Below are positions 1 through 11,800 of a stretch of DNA of 64,000 nt, piece after piece (the stretch's first letter is position 1; every line of letters begins with the position of its first letter). Origin of the DNA: Clostridium sp. 27_14 (GTDB lineage: Bacteria; Bacillota; Clostridia; TANB77; CAG-508); contig MNRQ01000018.1 of the NCBI GenBank assembly GCA_001916035.1, positions 1,427 through 65,426 on the forward strand, written 5' to 3'. Position numbers and translations under genes: made by a program. The notes below the pieces were generated by a model, which saw only the letters and a program-made list of their open reading frames with translations, did not search any database and was not told where the DNA came from.

Positions 1-1
1 A

Positions 2-115
2 TTAGGAATTAATCCAAATATAGACAGTATACAAACACTAATAGAAACAACCAATAAAAGAATAAAAAAACTAGAAAACAAAAGAACATTCAATAAGGAA
101 GAAGTAGAAATATAG
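2..115 (+). CDS. 3' end of an unidentified upstream CDS (partial, enters from window edge)
   Basis: Open frame from the window edge to TAG at 113-115 (...KRIKKLENKRTFNKEEVEI*). No recognisable motif. Confidence 0.3.
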   Translation, partial: LGINPNIDSIQTLIETTNKRIKKLENKRTFNKEEVEI

Positions 116-165
116 AAAAAAACAATAAAGATTTCAAAAAAACAAAACTTAAATTCGCAAATTGA

Positions 166-194
166 TTGACTTTAAAACCAAAAAGTGATAAAAT
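166..194 (+). promoter_or_regulatory. sigma-A type promoter of the str operon
   Basis: TTGACT (166-171), 17-nt spacer, TAAAAT (189-194). About 130 nt upstream of rpsL. Confidence 0.6.
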
Positions 195-327
195 AGGAAA
201 CGTTATTGAAAATATGTAAACACATAACACAATAACGTTTTAAATATTTAATAAAAAATATTTAAAATAAAAGTGCATAAAACAACCAAAATATGCACAA
301 AAATAAAAAACAGGAGGTGAAATTTAA

Positions 328-741
328 GTGCCAACAATTAATCAATTAGTAAGAAAAGGAAGAAAAACAGGTGTTACAAAATCAACTGCACCAGCATTAC
401 AACATGGATGGAACTCAAAAAACAAAAAATTAACAAACAACAGAGCTCCACAAAAAAGAGGAGTATGCACAGTTGTAAAAACAGTTACACCTAAAAAGCC
501 AAACTCAGCTCTAAGAAAAGTAGCCAGAGTAAGACTTTCAAACGGTTATGAAGTTACATCTTATATCCCAGGTATAGGACATAACTTACAAGAACATAGT
601 GTTGTTTTAATTAGGGGTGGTAGGGTAAAAGACCTTCCAGGTGTTAGATACCATATCATTAGAGGAACACTAGATACAGCAGGCGTTAAAGATAGGATGC
701 AAGCTCGTTCAAAATACGGAGCAAAACGCCCTAAAAAATAA
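328..741 (+). CDS. rpsL: 30S ribosomal protein S12
   Basis: 137 aa, [12 protein letters not shown]...[18 protein letters not shown]...[14 protein letters not shown] is a canonical S12 sequence. GTG start 10 nt after AGGAGG. Confidence 0.97.
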   Translation: MPTINQLVRKGRKTGVTKSTAPALQHGWNSKNKKLTNNRAPQKRGVCTVVKTVTPKKPNSALRKVARVRLSNGYEVTSYIPGIGHNLQEHSVVLIRGGRVKDLPGVRYHIIRGTLDTAGVKDRMQARSKYGAKRPKK

Positions 742-926
742 TCAATAAAATTGATGTATAACTAAAAGAAAGTAGTGCTTGTAATTCTTGATAAATTAAG
801 GTACTTAAATTTAGAATAGAATATAAAGCACTATACGGGAAAGAAAAATCTTTCCAGAGTAACTTTGATACTTCTTTAAGTATCACGAATAAAGGGAATA
901 ACCCAATAGAAAAGGAGTGAAGAATA
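742..926 (+). promoter_or_regulatory. structured rpsL-rpsG intercistronic spacer (possible S7 translational operator)
   Basis: 185-nt spacer with three local hairpins: tagtgctt/aagcacta, ggaaaga-aaaa-tctttcc, gatactt-cttt-aagtatc. It ends at the rpsG RBS. Confidence 0.35.
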
Positions 927-1397
927 GTGCCAAGAAGAGGATTTATAGCAAAAAGAGATGTTTTACCAGATCCAATATACAATAGCAAAGTTGTTACAAA
1001 ATTAGTAAACAACATAATGCTTGACGGTAAAAAATCAGTTGCTCAAAAAATAGTTTATGATGCATTTGATATCATAAAAGAAAAAGAAGGAAAAAATCCT
1101 TTAGAAGTTTTTGAAGCAGCTTTAGAAAACGTAATGCCAGTTCTTGAAGTTAAAGCAAGAAGAGTTGGTGGAGCTACATACCAAGTTCCATTAGAAATCA
1201 GACCTGAAAGAAGACAAACTTTAGGTCTTAGATGGTTAGTTACTTATGCTAGAAATAGACATGAGAAAACAATGGCTGAAAAATTAGCTGGGGAAATAAT
1301 GGATGCTGTTGCTGGTAACGGTGGAGCATTTAAGAAAAAAGAAGATACACACAGAATGGCTGAAGCAAACAAAGCTTTTGCTCATTACAAATGGTAA
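927..1397 (+). CDS. rpsG: 30S ribosomal protein S7
   Basis: 156 aa, MPRRG...DPIYNS..VTK..N..M.DGKKS.A..IVY, typical S7. GTG start after AAGGAG. Confidence 0.97.
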   Translation: MPRRGFIAKRDVLPDPIYNSKVVTKLVNNIMLDGKKSVAQKIVYDAFDIIKEKEGKNPLEVFEAALENVMPVLEVKARRVGGATYQVPLEIRPERRQTLGLRWLVTYARNRHEKTMAEKLAGEIMDAVAGNGGAFKKKEDTHRMAEANKAFAHYKW

Positions 1398-1450
1398 AAT
1401 TTTAGAATGTGTATAATATATTAGATAAAACCGAGGGGAGGAAAAACAAT

Positions 1451-3535
1451 ATGGCAGGAAGAGCATACCCATTAGAAAGAACAAGAAATATAGGAATAAT
1501 GGCTCACATTGATGCTGGAAAAACAACAACAACAGAGAGAATATTATTCTATACAGGAAAAACACATAAAATAGGTGAAGTTCACGAAGGTGCCGCTACA
1601 ATGGACTGGATGGCACAAGAACAAGAAAGAGGTATAACAATAACATCTGCATGTACAACATGTTTCTGGAAAAACAACAGAATAAACATAATAGACACAC
1701 CAGGACACGTTGACTTCACAGTAGAAGTTCAAAGATCTCTAAAAGTTCTTGACGGAGCTGTAACAGTATTAGCTGCTAAAGGTGGAGTTCAACCACAAAC
1801 AGAAACAGTTTGGAGACAAGCTGATAAATACAGTGTACCAAGAATGGTATATGTAAACAAAATGGATATCACAGGAGCAAACTTCATGCTTTGTGTTGAA
1901 CAATTAAAAAATAGACTAAAAGCAAATGCAGTTCCAATCCAATTACCAGTAGGAGCAGAAGACAACTTCCAAGGAATAGTTGATCTTATAAAAATGAAAG
2001 CATACATACAAGATGATAAATTAGGAGAACACATTGTTGAAACAGATATTCCAGAAGATATGAAAGAACAAGCAGAAGAATTTAGAGCAGCAATGATAGA
2101 AGCAGTAGCTGACCAAGATGAAGAATTAATGATGAAATACTTAGAAGGTGAAGAACTAACAGAAGAAGAAATCAAAAAAGGTTTAAGAACTGGAACAATA
2201 GCAAACAAAATAGTACCAGTAACATGTGGTTCTTCATATAAAAACAAAGGGGTACAAGAACTATTAGATGCAATAGTAGCTTATATGCCATCACCATTAG
2301 ATATACCACATATCAAAGGTGAAACATTAGATGGAGAAGAAACAGAAGCAAAAACTTCTGATGACGCACCATTTGCAGCATTAGCATTCAAAATAGCAAC
2401 AGACCCATTTGTTGGAAAACTATGTTTCTTCAGAGTTTATTCAGGAACACTTGAATCAGGATCAACAGTTCTAAACTCAAGCAAAGACAAAAAAGAAAGA
2501 GTAGGAAGAATCTTACAAATGCATGCAAATCACAGAGAAGATATAGAAAAAGTATACGCAGGTGATATTGCAGCAGCAGTAGGATTAAAAGATGTAACAA
2601 CAGGAAACACACTATGTGATCCAGACCATCCAATAATCCTAGAATCAATGGAATTCCCAGAACCAGTTATAGACATAGCAATAGAACCAAAAGACAAAGC
2701 AGCTCAAGAAAAAATGGGAATAGCCTTAGCAAAATTAGCTGAAGAAGATCCAACATTCAAAGCATACACAAACCAAGAAACAGGTCAAACTATTATAGCA
2801 GGTATGGGTGAATTACACCTAGACATTATAGTAGACAGACTAAAAAGAGAATTTAAAGTTGAATGTAACGTAGGTAAACCACAAGTTGCATACAAAGAAA
2901 CAATCAGAAACAAAGTTAAAGTTCAAGGTAAATTTATTCGTCAATCTGGTGGTAAAGGGCAATATGGTGACGTTTGGTTTGAAATGGAACCATTAGAGCC
3001 AGGAAAAGGAATAGAATTTGAAAGCAAAATCGTTGGAGGAGCTGTTCCAAAAGAATATATCAAACCTATTGAACAAGGAATGAGAGAAGCCGCAGAAAGT
3101 GGTATCTTAGCTGGATATCCAGTTATAGACTTCAAAGTTTCACTAGTTGACGGTTCATATCACGAAGTTGACTCTTCAGAAATGGCCTTCAAAATAGCAG
3201 CATCTATGGCCTTCAAAGAAGGATGTAGACAAGCTAAAGCAGTTATCTTGGAACCAATCATGAAAGTTGAAATAACAGTACCAGAAGAATACATGGGAGA
3301 TGTTATAGGAGACGTAAACTCAAGAAGAGGAAGAATGGAAGGTATGGACGCAGAAGACGGAATGCAAGAAATACATGCATTTATTCCATTATCAGAAATG
3401 TTTGGATATGCAACAGACTTACGTTCAAAAACTCAAGGTAGAGGATCATACTCTATGGAACCATCTCATTACGAAGAAGTTCCAAAATCAGTATTAGAGC
3501 AAATTGTTGCATCAAGAGCTAAAAAAGAAGCATAA
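1451..3535 (+). CDS. fusA: elongation factor G
   Basis: [20 protein letters not shown] and NKMD GTPase motifs with full-length EF-G similarity. I prefer ATG 1451 (GGGGAGG plus 8 nt) over the track start 1409. Confidence 0.95.
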   Translation: MAGRAYPLERTRNIGIMAHIDAGKTTTTERILFYTGKTHKIGEVHEGAATMDWMAQEQERGITITSACTTCFWKNNRINIIDTPGHVDFTVEVQRSLKVLDGAVTVLAAKGGVQPQTETVWRQADKYSVPRMVYVNKMDITGANFMLCVEQLKNRLKANAVPIQLPVGAEDNFQGIVDLIKMKAYIQDDKLGEHIVETDIPEDMKEQAEEFRAAMIEAVADQDEELMMKYLEGEELTEEEIKKGLRTGTIANKIVPVTCGSSYKNKGVQELLDAIVAYMPSPLDIPHIKGETLDGEETEAKTSDDAPFAALAFKIATDPFVGKLCFFRVYSGTLESGSTVLNSSKDKKERVGRILQMHANHREDIEKVYAGDIAAAVGLKDVTTGNTLCDPDHPIILESMEFPEPVIDIAIEPKDKAAQEKMGIALAKLAEEDPTFKAYTNQETGQTIIAGMGELHLDIIVDRLKREFKVECNVGKPQVAYKETIRNKVKVQGKFIRQSGGKGQYGDVWFEMEPLEPGKGIEFESKIVGGAVPKEYIKPIEQGMREAAESGILAGYPVIDFKVSLVDGSYHEVDSSEMAFKIAASMAFKEGCRQAKAVILEPIMKVEITVPEEYMGDVIGDVNSRRGRMEGMDAEDGMQEIHAFIPLSEMFGYATDLRSKTQGRGSYSMEPSHYEEVPKSVLEQIVASRAKKEA

Positions 3536-3570
3536 TTATATGCAGATATTTTAAAAATTAAATAAAATAC

Positions 3571-3599
3571 TTGCATTTTTAAAAAAAATGTTATAAAAT
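3571..3599 (+). promoter_or_regulatory. internal promoter upstream of tuf
   Basis: TTGCAT (3571-3576), 17 nt, TAAAAT (3594-3599). Confidence 0.45.
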
Positions 3600-3645
3600 G
3601 CTAGTACAATAAAAAAGACATTAAATTTTAAATAATAAAAGTAGT

Positions 3646-3669
3646 CCATAGTAGTGAAAACTACTATGG
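3646..3669 (+). other. 10-bp hairpin with GAAA tetraloop in the tuf 5' UTR
   Basis: ccatagtagt-gaaa-actactatgg. No U-tract follows. It lies about 25 nt before the tuf RBS. Confidence 0.5.
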
Positions 3670-3697
3670 CTAACTAAAAAAAGAGGAGGAATTTAAA

Positions 3698-4900
3698 ATG
3701 GCAAAAGCAAAGTTTGAAAGAACAAAGCCACACGTTAACATTGGTACAATCGGACACGTTGACCATGGTAAAACAACAACAACAGCAGCTATTACTAAAT
3801 ATTTATCATTATTAGGTAAAGCTAAATTTGAAGCTTACGATCAAATCGACGGAGCTCCAGAAGAAAAAGCAAGAGGAATCACAATCAACACAGCACACGT
3901 AGAATATGAAACAGACAACAGACACTATGCACACGTTGACTGCCCAGGACACGCTGACTACGTTAAAAACATGATCACAGGTGCAGCACAAATGGATGGA
4001 GCTATCTTAGTTGTTTCAGCAGCTGATGGACCTATGCCACAAACAAGAGAACACATCTTATTAGCTAGACAAGTTGGTGTTAAATACATCGTTGTTTACC
4101 TAAATAAATGTGATATGGTTGATGATCCAGAATTATTAGAATTAGTAGAAATGGAAGTTAGAGACTTATTAACAGAATATGGTTTCCCAGGAGACGAAAT
4201 TCCAGTTATAAAAGGTTCATCTCTACAAGTATTAGAAAGCACATCTACAGATCCTAACGATCCTGTATATGCTCCAATGAAAGAATTAATGGATGCTGTT
4301 GATAGTTATATACCAACACCAGAAAGACCAATTGACCAACCATTCTTAATGCCAGTAGAAGACGTATTCACAATTACAGGACGTGGAACAGTTGCTACAG
4401 GTAGAGTAGAAAGAGGAGAAGTAAAACTTCAAGACGAAGTTGAAATCATTGGTTTAACAACAGAAAGAAGAAAAACTGTTGTAACAGGTGTTGAAATGTT
4501 CAGAAAACTATTAGATCAAGCTGAAGCTGGAGATAATATCGGTGTTCTATTAAGAGGTATTGATAGAAAAGACATCGAAAGAGGACAAGTTCTATGCAAA
4601 CCAGGAACAATACATCCACATACAAAATTCACATCACAAGTTTACGTTCTAACAAAAGAAGAAGGAGGACGTCATACACCATTCTTCAATGGATATAGAC
4701 CACAATTCTACTTCAGAACAACAGACGTTACTGGTGTTATTGAATTAGACGCAGGTGTTGAAATGGTTATGCCAGGAGATAATGTAAACATGACAATCGA
4801 ATTAATTACACCTATCGCTATCGAAAAAGGATTAAGATTCGCTATTCGTGAAGGTGGTAGAACAGTTGGTTCAGGTGTTGTTGCAGACATTATTGAATAA
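3698..4900 (+). CDS. tuf: elongation factor Tu
   Basis: [21 protein letters not shown]. 400 aa, canonical EF-Tu. Confidence 0.98.
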   Translation: MAKAKFERTKPHVNIGTIGHVDHGKTTTTAAITKYLSLLGKAKFEAYDQIDGAPEEKARGITINTAHVEYETDNRHYAHVDCPGHADYVKNMITGAAQMDGAILVVSAADGPMPQTREHILLARQVGVKYIVVYLNKCDMVDDPELLELVEMEVRDLLTEYGFPGDEIPVIKGSSLQVLESTSTDPNDPVYAPMKELMDAVDSYIPTPERPIDQPFLMPVEDVFTITGRGTVATGRVERGEVKLQDEVEIIGLTTERRKTVVTGVEMFRKLLDQAEAGDNIGVLLRGIDRKDIERGQVLCKPGTIHPHTKFTSQVYVLTKEEGGRHTPFFNGYRPQFYFRTTDVTGVIELDAGVEMVMPGDNVNMTIELITPIAIEKGLRFAIREGGRTVGSGVVADIIE

Positions 4901-4910
4901 TAAATATAAA

Positions 4911-4959
4911 AATAGCAAGGGTTACAGAGATTTGTAGCACCTTGCTATTTCCTTTTTTT
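4911..4959 (+). terminator. intrinsic terminator after tuf
   Basis: Stem aatagcaagg / ccttgctatt followed by a T7 run. Confidence 0.8.
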
Positions 4960-4977
4960 CCCACTTAAGATAAAAAA

Positions 4978-5006
4978 TTGACAAAGTAAACATAAAGTGA
5001 TATAAT
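4978..5006 (+). promoter_or_regulatory. perfect consensus sigma-A promoter
   Basis: TTGACA (4978-4983), exactly 17 nt, TATAAT (5001-5006). Confidence 0.75.
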
Positions 5007-5038
5007 TATACACATAAAACCACAGGAGGTAAGTAAAA

Positions 5039-5308
5039 ATGGAACGGAAACTAACATTTGAAGAAGCACAAAAATTAATAGAGAAGGAATTAGAAAAAAA
5101 CTTAGAAGAACTAAAAAGTGCATACTTAGAATGTGAAAAAGATAGTGAAAAATTAAAAGAACTCGTACTAAAAGGAAAAATTTCAAGAAAAGAATATGAA
5201 AGAAAACTAAACGAAGTGACAAGAAAACATAACAAAAAATGCATAGAAATAAATAAGAGGCAAAACGAAAAATGCATCAAAATTCAAGATGAATTTATGA
5301 GCTTTTAA
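5039..5308 (+). CDS. small K/E-rich coiled-coil-like hypothetical protein (paralog 1)
   Basis: GGAGG plus 9 nt plus ATG. 89 aa. Shares a C-terminal pattern (K..C[IL]KI[QE].E) with the next ORF. Codon 3 is CGG. Confidence 0.6.
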   Translation: MERKLTFEEAQKLIEKELEKNLEELKSAYLECEKDSEKLKELVLKGKISRKEYERKLNEVTRKHNKKCIEINKRQNEKCIKIQDEFMSF

Positions 5309-5376
5309 AATTTTCAAGATTACAAATTTAAAGTCAAAGTTAACCTAAAGAAATCAATATGCAGGAGGAAAAAATA

Positions 5377-5664
5377 ATGACAATAAAAGAAATTAACAAC
5401 TTAATCAACGAGGAAAAAAAGAGAAACGAGGAAGAAAACAAAGCAGCAAGACAAGAATTTGAAAAAGAAATGAAAGCCATAACGATGGAAGAATCAAAGA
5501 AAACAGAGAAAATTAAAAACAATCAAGAATTAGACAAAGTCAAAAAATCAGCAAGAGCCAAAAGAGACAATGTTGTAAACAAATACAGAAACAAAGTAAA
5601 AAAAATACAAGAAAAATACAGAGAAAACTGTCTTAAAATTGAAGCTGAATTAAAACAACAATAA
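5377..5664 (+). CDS. small K/E-rich coiled-coil-like hypothetical protein (paralog 2)
   Basis: AGGAGG (5363-5368) plus 8 nt plus ATG 5377. The track start 5359 overlaps the RBS. Similar composition and C-terminal motif to 5039..5308. Confidence 0.6.
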   Translation: MTIKEINNLINEEKKRNEEENKAARQEFEKEMKAITMEESKKTEKIKNNQELDKVKKSARAKRDNVVNKYRNKVKKIQEKYRENCLKIEAELKQQ

Positions 5665-5679
5665 AATAAAAAGTTCCAG

Positions 5680-5717
5680 CCCAACCACAAAAAAATTTAA
5701 GTGGTTGGGTATTTTTT
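5680..5717 (+). terminator. intrinsic terminator
   Basis: cccaaccac / gtggttggg stem followed by a T6 run. Confidence 0.8.
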
Positions 5718-5738
5718 ACCATATTTACACTAAAAGTA

Positions 5739-5767
5739 TTGATTTTTTCAACAAAGAATAATAAAAT
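5739..5767 (+). promoter_or_regulatory. plsX promoter
   Basis: TTGATT, 17 nt, TAAAAT. Confidence 0.5.
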
Positions 5768-5818
5768 AGAACTACTTAAAATAAAATATATAAAAGTTCT
5801 AGGAAGGAATGAGAAAAA

Positions 5819-6841
5819 ATGAAAATCATATTAGATGCAATGGGTGGAGACAACGCACCAGACGCAAATATAAAAGGAGCAATAAAAGCAATAAAAAAAA
5901 TAAAAGCAGAAATAGTACTAGTAGGAAAAGAAGAAATAATAAGAAATAAAATAAAAGAATTTTACGGAAAAGAAATAGAAGAAATATCAGACAGACTAAA
6001 AATAAAAAACGCAACAGAAACAATAGAAATGGAAGACCAACCAACAGTAGCAATAAAACACAAAAAAGACTCATCAATGGTAGTAGGCTTCAATATGCTA
6101 AAAAAAGACGAAGGAGACGTATTTATATCAGCAGGAAACTCAGGAGCATTACTTGCAGGAGCAACACTACTAGTAGGAAGAATAAAAGGCATAGACCGAC
6201 CAGCACTAGCAGGAATATTACCAGCATACAAAAGTCAATTACTATTAATGGACTGCGGATCAAACACAAACTGCAAGCCAATAAACCTATTACAATTTGC
6301 ACAAATGTCAACAATATATTTAAGAAACACATTTGGAATAGAAAAACCAGCAATAGGACTATTAAACATAGGAACAGAAGAAACAAAAGGAAACGAACTA
6401 GTAAAAGAAAGTTACCAATTATTAAAAGAAAAATCAGAAGAACTAGGAATCAACTTTGTAGGAAATGTAGAAGGAAGAGACGCATTCTCAGGAGAAATAG
6501 ACGCAATAGTCACAGACGGATTTACAGGAAACGTATTTTTAAAAACAACAGAAGGATTAGGAAAATTCGTAAAAAGATCACTAAAAGAAAGTCTATTTAA
6601 AAGTCTCCTATCAAAAATAGCAACAATACCAGCCCTACCAGCAATGAACAGATTCTCAAAAGTAATGGATTACAAATCTTATGGAGGAGCACTATTTTTA
6701 GGAGTAAAAAAACCAGTAGTAAAAGCACATGGAAGCAGTGACGAAAAACTATTTGAATACACAATAATACAAGCAGAAAAATTTGTTGAAAACAAGGCTG
6801 TAGACAAGATGATAGAAGCATTTTCCGACTTGTCAGTATAA
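5819..6841 (+). CDS. plsX: phosphate acyltransferase PlsX
   Basis: MKIILDAMGGDNAP..., DCGSNT, TDGFTGN, KAHGSS. Full-length PlsX pattern. Confidence 0.93.
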   Translation: MKIILDAMGGDNAPDANIKGAIKAIKKIKAEIVLVGKEEIIRNKIKEFYGKEIEEISDRLKIKNATETIEMEDQPTVAIKHKKDSSMVVGFNMLKKDEGDVFISAGNSGALLAGATLLVGRIKGIDRPALAGILPAYKSQLLLMDCGSNTNCKPINLLQFAQMSTIYLRNTFGIEKPAIGLLNIGTEETKGNELVKESYQLLKEKSEELGINFVGNVEGRDAFSGEIDAIVTDGFTGNVFLKTTEGLGKFVKRSLKESLFKSLLSKIATIPALPAMNRFSKVMDYKSYGGALFLGVKKPVVKAHGSSDEKLFEYTIIQAEKFVENKAVDKMIEAFSDLSV

Positions 6842-6963
6842 ATTTAAAAATATTTTGAAATATACTTGACAAAAAGCATAACATATAATATAAAAGTAAT
6901 ATGAAAAAAGAAAATATCAAATGAATAAATCATTTGCAACTTGAGAGGAGGTGAACTCGTACG

Positions 6964-7206
6964 ATGAGTTCAGAAGAAATATTAGAGAAAGTAAAAGGAA
7001 TCATCATTGAACAATTAGGAGTAACAGATACAGCAGTAACAATGGAAGCATCATTTATAGATGACCTAGGAGCAGATTCATTAGATATTGTTGAACTAAT
7101 TATGGCTATTGAAGAAGAATTTGATATAGAAATTCCAGATAGTGACGCAGAAAAAGTCGTAACAGTAGGAGATGTAGTAGACTATATCAAAGAAAATGTA
7201 CAATAA
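6964..7206 (+). CDS. acpP: acyl carrier protein
   Basis: 80 aa with the DLGADSLD phosphopantetheine attachment motif. Confidence 0.93.
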   Translation: MSSEEILEKVKGIIIEQLGVTDTAVTMEASFIDDLGADSLDIVELIMAIEEEFDIEIPDSDAEKVVTVGDVVDYIKENVQ

Positions 7207-7286
7207 AACAAAACGGATAAGACAAACAACAAAAATCCGCATTATAATTGTATAAGAAATTACTTTAAAAAAGTATATATATTAAA

Positions 7287-7314
7287 AAATCTCATAGAAA
7301 TATGAGATTTTTTT
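7287..7314. terminator. bidirectional terminator between acpP and the dac gene
   Basis: aaatctcata-gaaa-tatgagattt flanked by A and T runs. Confidence 0.7.
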
Positions 7315-8507
7315 AGTACACACAAATATATTTATGCAACTTAAAAAAATAAATAAAATAATCAAACACACTTTTTTTATAAATAGAGCTAGTCAATTTA
7401 ATACTATTTTGCAACAAAACAGAATCACCAACTTTACATGTAATAGAACCAATACAAGAACCAGAACTAACAGGAGCAGTCAAAAATTTATCACAAGAAA
7501 TATCAACATTCAAATCAGAAATAAAGTCCTTATATATCGGAAAGGTAGAAAAAGTAGAATAATCAACATCAAAATTTACAATATTAGAAGCCCCTTTTTC
7601 AACAACAAAAAAATTCAAATTTTTAGATTTCCACTTATCAAACTCAACAGTCATCAAATCTCTCAAATTAACCAACTCAAAATTTTGAAAAGTAAAATCA
7701 ATTAATTTAATACTATCAGAAGTTCTAAAATTCTTTGTATCAGCACCCAAAACAACACAAATAATATCCAAATTATTCCTTTTACAACAACTAACCAAGC
7801 ACCTATTAGCACCATTAGTAAAACCAGTTTTAATACCATAAACACCATCAACATTACCAAGAAGTTCATTTGTATTATGAATACTTTTTGGAATACCATT
7901 TATAAAAACAGTATAATTCAAAGTATTAACAACATCAGCAAACACCTTATTACGCAAAGCATAATTAGACAAAAGAGCCAACTCAAAAGCAGTAGTATAA
8001 TGATCATCATTATCTAAACCATGAGGAGTACAAAAATGAGTATTTTTCAAACCGTAATTCAGTAGCCTTTTTATTCATAAGAGTAGCAAAACCATCAATA
8101 TCACCACCACAATATTCAGCCAAAGCAACAGCACAATCATTACCAGATTTAAGCATCAAACCATACAAAAGATCTTTAATACTAACTTTATCACCCAACC
8201 TCAAACCAAGACGTGAACCACCAATATTAGCAGCAGATCTAGAAACCTCAATAACATCAGACAAATTACAATTTTCAATTATAATACAAGCAGTCATAAT
8301 TTTAGTAGTAGAAGCCATTTTTCGTCTTTGGTATTCATTTTTACCCAAAAGAACTAAATTTGTATTTCTATCCAAAACAACAAAAGCACGAGAATTAACT
8401 TTCTGAGTAACAGGAAAATCAATACCATAAGAAGTTACAGGAAAAAAGAAAGATACACAAAACAAGAAAATCAAAAAAATATTTTTTAAAAAATTTTTGC
8501 AAACCAT
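7313..8507 (-). pseudogene. D-alanyl-D-alanine carboxypeptidase (PBP5/DacF-like), interrupted by a single +1 frameshift at an in-frame CGG
   Basis: Two overlapping ORFs (8010..8507 and 7313..8050). SxxK (STTK), SGN and KTG motifs are all intact. Skipping the C at 8054 joins ...KKATEL to GLKNTHFCTPHGL, which is the conserved LGLKNTHF block. Confidence 0.85.
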
Positions 8508-8826
8508 ATAAATACCTCTAATAAATTATATATAACAAACACAAAAATATGATGAATATAAACAAAAAAATATCGTAATTCACATAATTCTAATACAACA
8601 ATACTTAAACAAATACATAATTAATAATAAATATATAAAAAGTTCAACAAAACCTATACAAATAGCCAAAAATAATTTAGAAAAGTTGCAACAAAATATT
8701 GATTTTAAAGCAAAAATATAATATAATTATAATGTGTGGAAAAAGGTTTTTAAATAAAACAAGAAAACCAAAAGACAATAAAAAAGAACAAAATAAAAAA
8801 TATAAATATATAAAAGGAGATTAAAT

Positions 8827-11800
8827 ATGAAAAGTAAAAAATTAAAATTAAGTATTTTATTATTTGCAATCAGTATATTTGCAATTTTATTTATGCCACA
8901 TTCAGTAGAAGCATCTACAAAATTAAACCCCAACTGGTATATAGGAATAAACGAATACAGAAGCAACACAACACCAGCAAACATGGGATATTCAATAAAA
9001 AAACCAAATAACCACTTAACAATAGACCAAGGATACAAAATTTGGGAAATAGTAAAATACAACAGTAATAATGAAAGTGACACAAACTATAGTACAGACC
9101 TTACACTATATTGTGTAAAAGCAGGAGTTGGTTTTAGAGAATTAAGCACAGACCAGACAACAGGAAGCAGCAAACCAGCAATAAAAAGAGCAACATACAC
9201 AACAGCATATAACTTATTAAGAGACAAAGCAGAACTATTAAGTTTAAAAGACACAAACAAAACACTATATAGTTTAGTAAGCACAGACAATTACTATGGA
9301 ATTTTAGCACTTGCAGACTTAATGTACATACCAGAAAAATCAACAGCACAAGAAAAAACAGAACTAATAAATGCAGCATTAAAAGCAAACAACATAAACC
9401 CAGCAAACTACAATACAAGCCTAACAGACGAAGATGTTGATGCAGTACAACAAGCAGCATTATGGTATTTCACAAACTATGACGGAGGAGACTCATACAC
9501 AAACGTATTTAATCAACTAGGCAAAAAAACATGGTTATTCTATAAAACAACAACAATGAGTGAATACACAAGTTTACAAGACTACAACCCAATAGTTGAC
9601 GGAAATCAAACTGAAGCAGGACTAGACAGAGACGAACAAGCAACATACTTATATGACTATTTAGTAAACACAGCAAAAGCAAACATTGCAAAATACAAAG
9701 ATGGAACAATAACACCAAAAAGCAAAGTAACATTATACACAGACCCAACTGTAGAAGACCATCAACCAGTAATATCAATAGAAAAAGAAACACCATTTGA
9801 CATGGCATTAAGAAAATACATAACAAAAGTAACAACAAAAGAAGGAAAAACAACAGACTTATCAAGCTCAACATCAACAACAAGAAATCCATCAATAGAC
9901 ACAGCAACAATAGACACAGAATACACAGCAACATACAAACACAGAAAAGACCCAGTAACAGTAAAAACAGGAGATATAGTTACATACAACATATCAGTAT
10001 ACAACGAAGGAACAAAAGCAGGAAGAGTAACAAAAATAGTAGACCAATTACCAACAGGATTAAAATTCAGTAGTCTATCAGAAAGTGCAAAAAATATATA
10101 TGACGCAACATGGGACGCAACAACAAACAAAGTAACATTTGTAAGAAAATCAACAAACACAGAAAACTTAGCAGCATACACAAATGGAAACCTAAAATCA
10201 GAAACAATAGAATTTACATGTGAAGTCACAAAAAAAGCCAGCACAACAGACAAAGAAGTATTAACAAATGTAGCATGGATAGCAGAAGAATATAATGCAG
10301 TAGACAACTTAACAATAACAAAAACAAAAGGAGACGACAGAGATTCAGAACCAGAAACAAAACCAAATGTAAACAAAGACAATATGTCAAACTACAAAGG
10401 AAACACATCAAACAAAAATGAATTAGGAGACTCAAACTACTTCTATAAAGGAGAACAAGATGACGACGACTTCGAAAAATTAGTACTACTACCAAACGAA
10501 TTTGACTTAAAACTAATAAAAAGAATAACAGAAGTAAATGACGTAAAAGTACCAGAAAGAATACAAAGTGTAGACACAAGCAAACTAAACACAGTAGGAG
10601 CAGACGGAAAAATAATAACAACAGCAACATACAAAATGGACAAAAATCCAGTATCAGTAAAAAAAGGTGACATAGTAAAATATGGAATAAGAGTATATAA
10701 TGAAGGTGCAATGGACGGATATGCATCAGAAATATCAGAAGACGTACCAGAAGGACTAGAATTTATATGGTCAGAAAAATTAGAAGACGAACTAAACAAA
10801 GACACAACACTAACAAAATCAGAAAAAGATGCAATTTTATATAATCAACTAATATGGACACCAAAAACAATAAACAAAGACACTAAAAAAATAGAAGTAA
10901 TAACAACAAATTATTTAGCAAAAGGTGAAGGAGTAGAAAAAAGCGGAACAGGAACAAACCTAATAAAAGCATTTGACTCTGAAAAACAAACATTAAACTA
11001 TAAGGAAGTATATGTATACATGAAAGTTATATCAGACAATGTAGGAGGAAGCATAATAAGAAACGAAGCAGCAATAACAAAAGACTCTGACTCAGACGGA
11101 AATGATGTAACAGACAGAGACTCAACACCAGAAGAGTGGAAAAAAGAAAATGATGACAAATACTATGATGACAACAAAAAATGGCCATCATACAAAGAAG
11201 ACGACGAAGACTATGACAACATCATATTACAAAGTTTTGACTTAGCATTAAGAAAATTCATAATAGCAGTAAGTCCAGACGCAGAAATATCAGAAAACGA
11301 ATATTTAAAAGACAAAAACGGAAATTATACAAGAGCACCACAAGTAGACACAAGCAAATTAAATACAACAGGAACAGACGGAAAAATAATAACAACAGCA
11401 ACATATAACCATCCAAAAGACCCAGTAGAAGTAAACAAAGATGATATAGTAGTATACATGTTAAGAGTATACAATGAAGGTGATATAGACGGATATGCAA
11501 CAGAAATAAAAGACCACTTACCACCAACACTAGAATTTGTAGAAGGCGAATTCAATGACAAATACAATTGGAAAGTATCAAAAGACGGAAGAACAGTAAC
11601 AACAGACTATTTAAAAGAAAGCAAAATAGAAAAAGCAAAAAAAGACACAAACGGAAAAATAGTACTAAGTTATGTAGAAGTTCCAATTATGTGTAAACTA
11701 AAAGACACAGCAAAAGTAAATGAAGTAATCACAAACATAGCAGACATAACAAAATTCACAGACGGAGACAAAAACACAATAAGAGACAGAGACTCAGAAG

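Noticed and set aside
8727-9083. 118-aa minus-strand ORF overlapping the start of the adhesin gene.
   Set aside because: It is antisense to the signal-peptide region of a strongly supported gene and has shadow composition.
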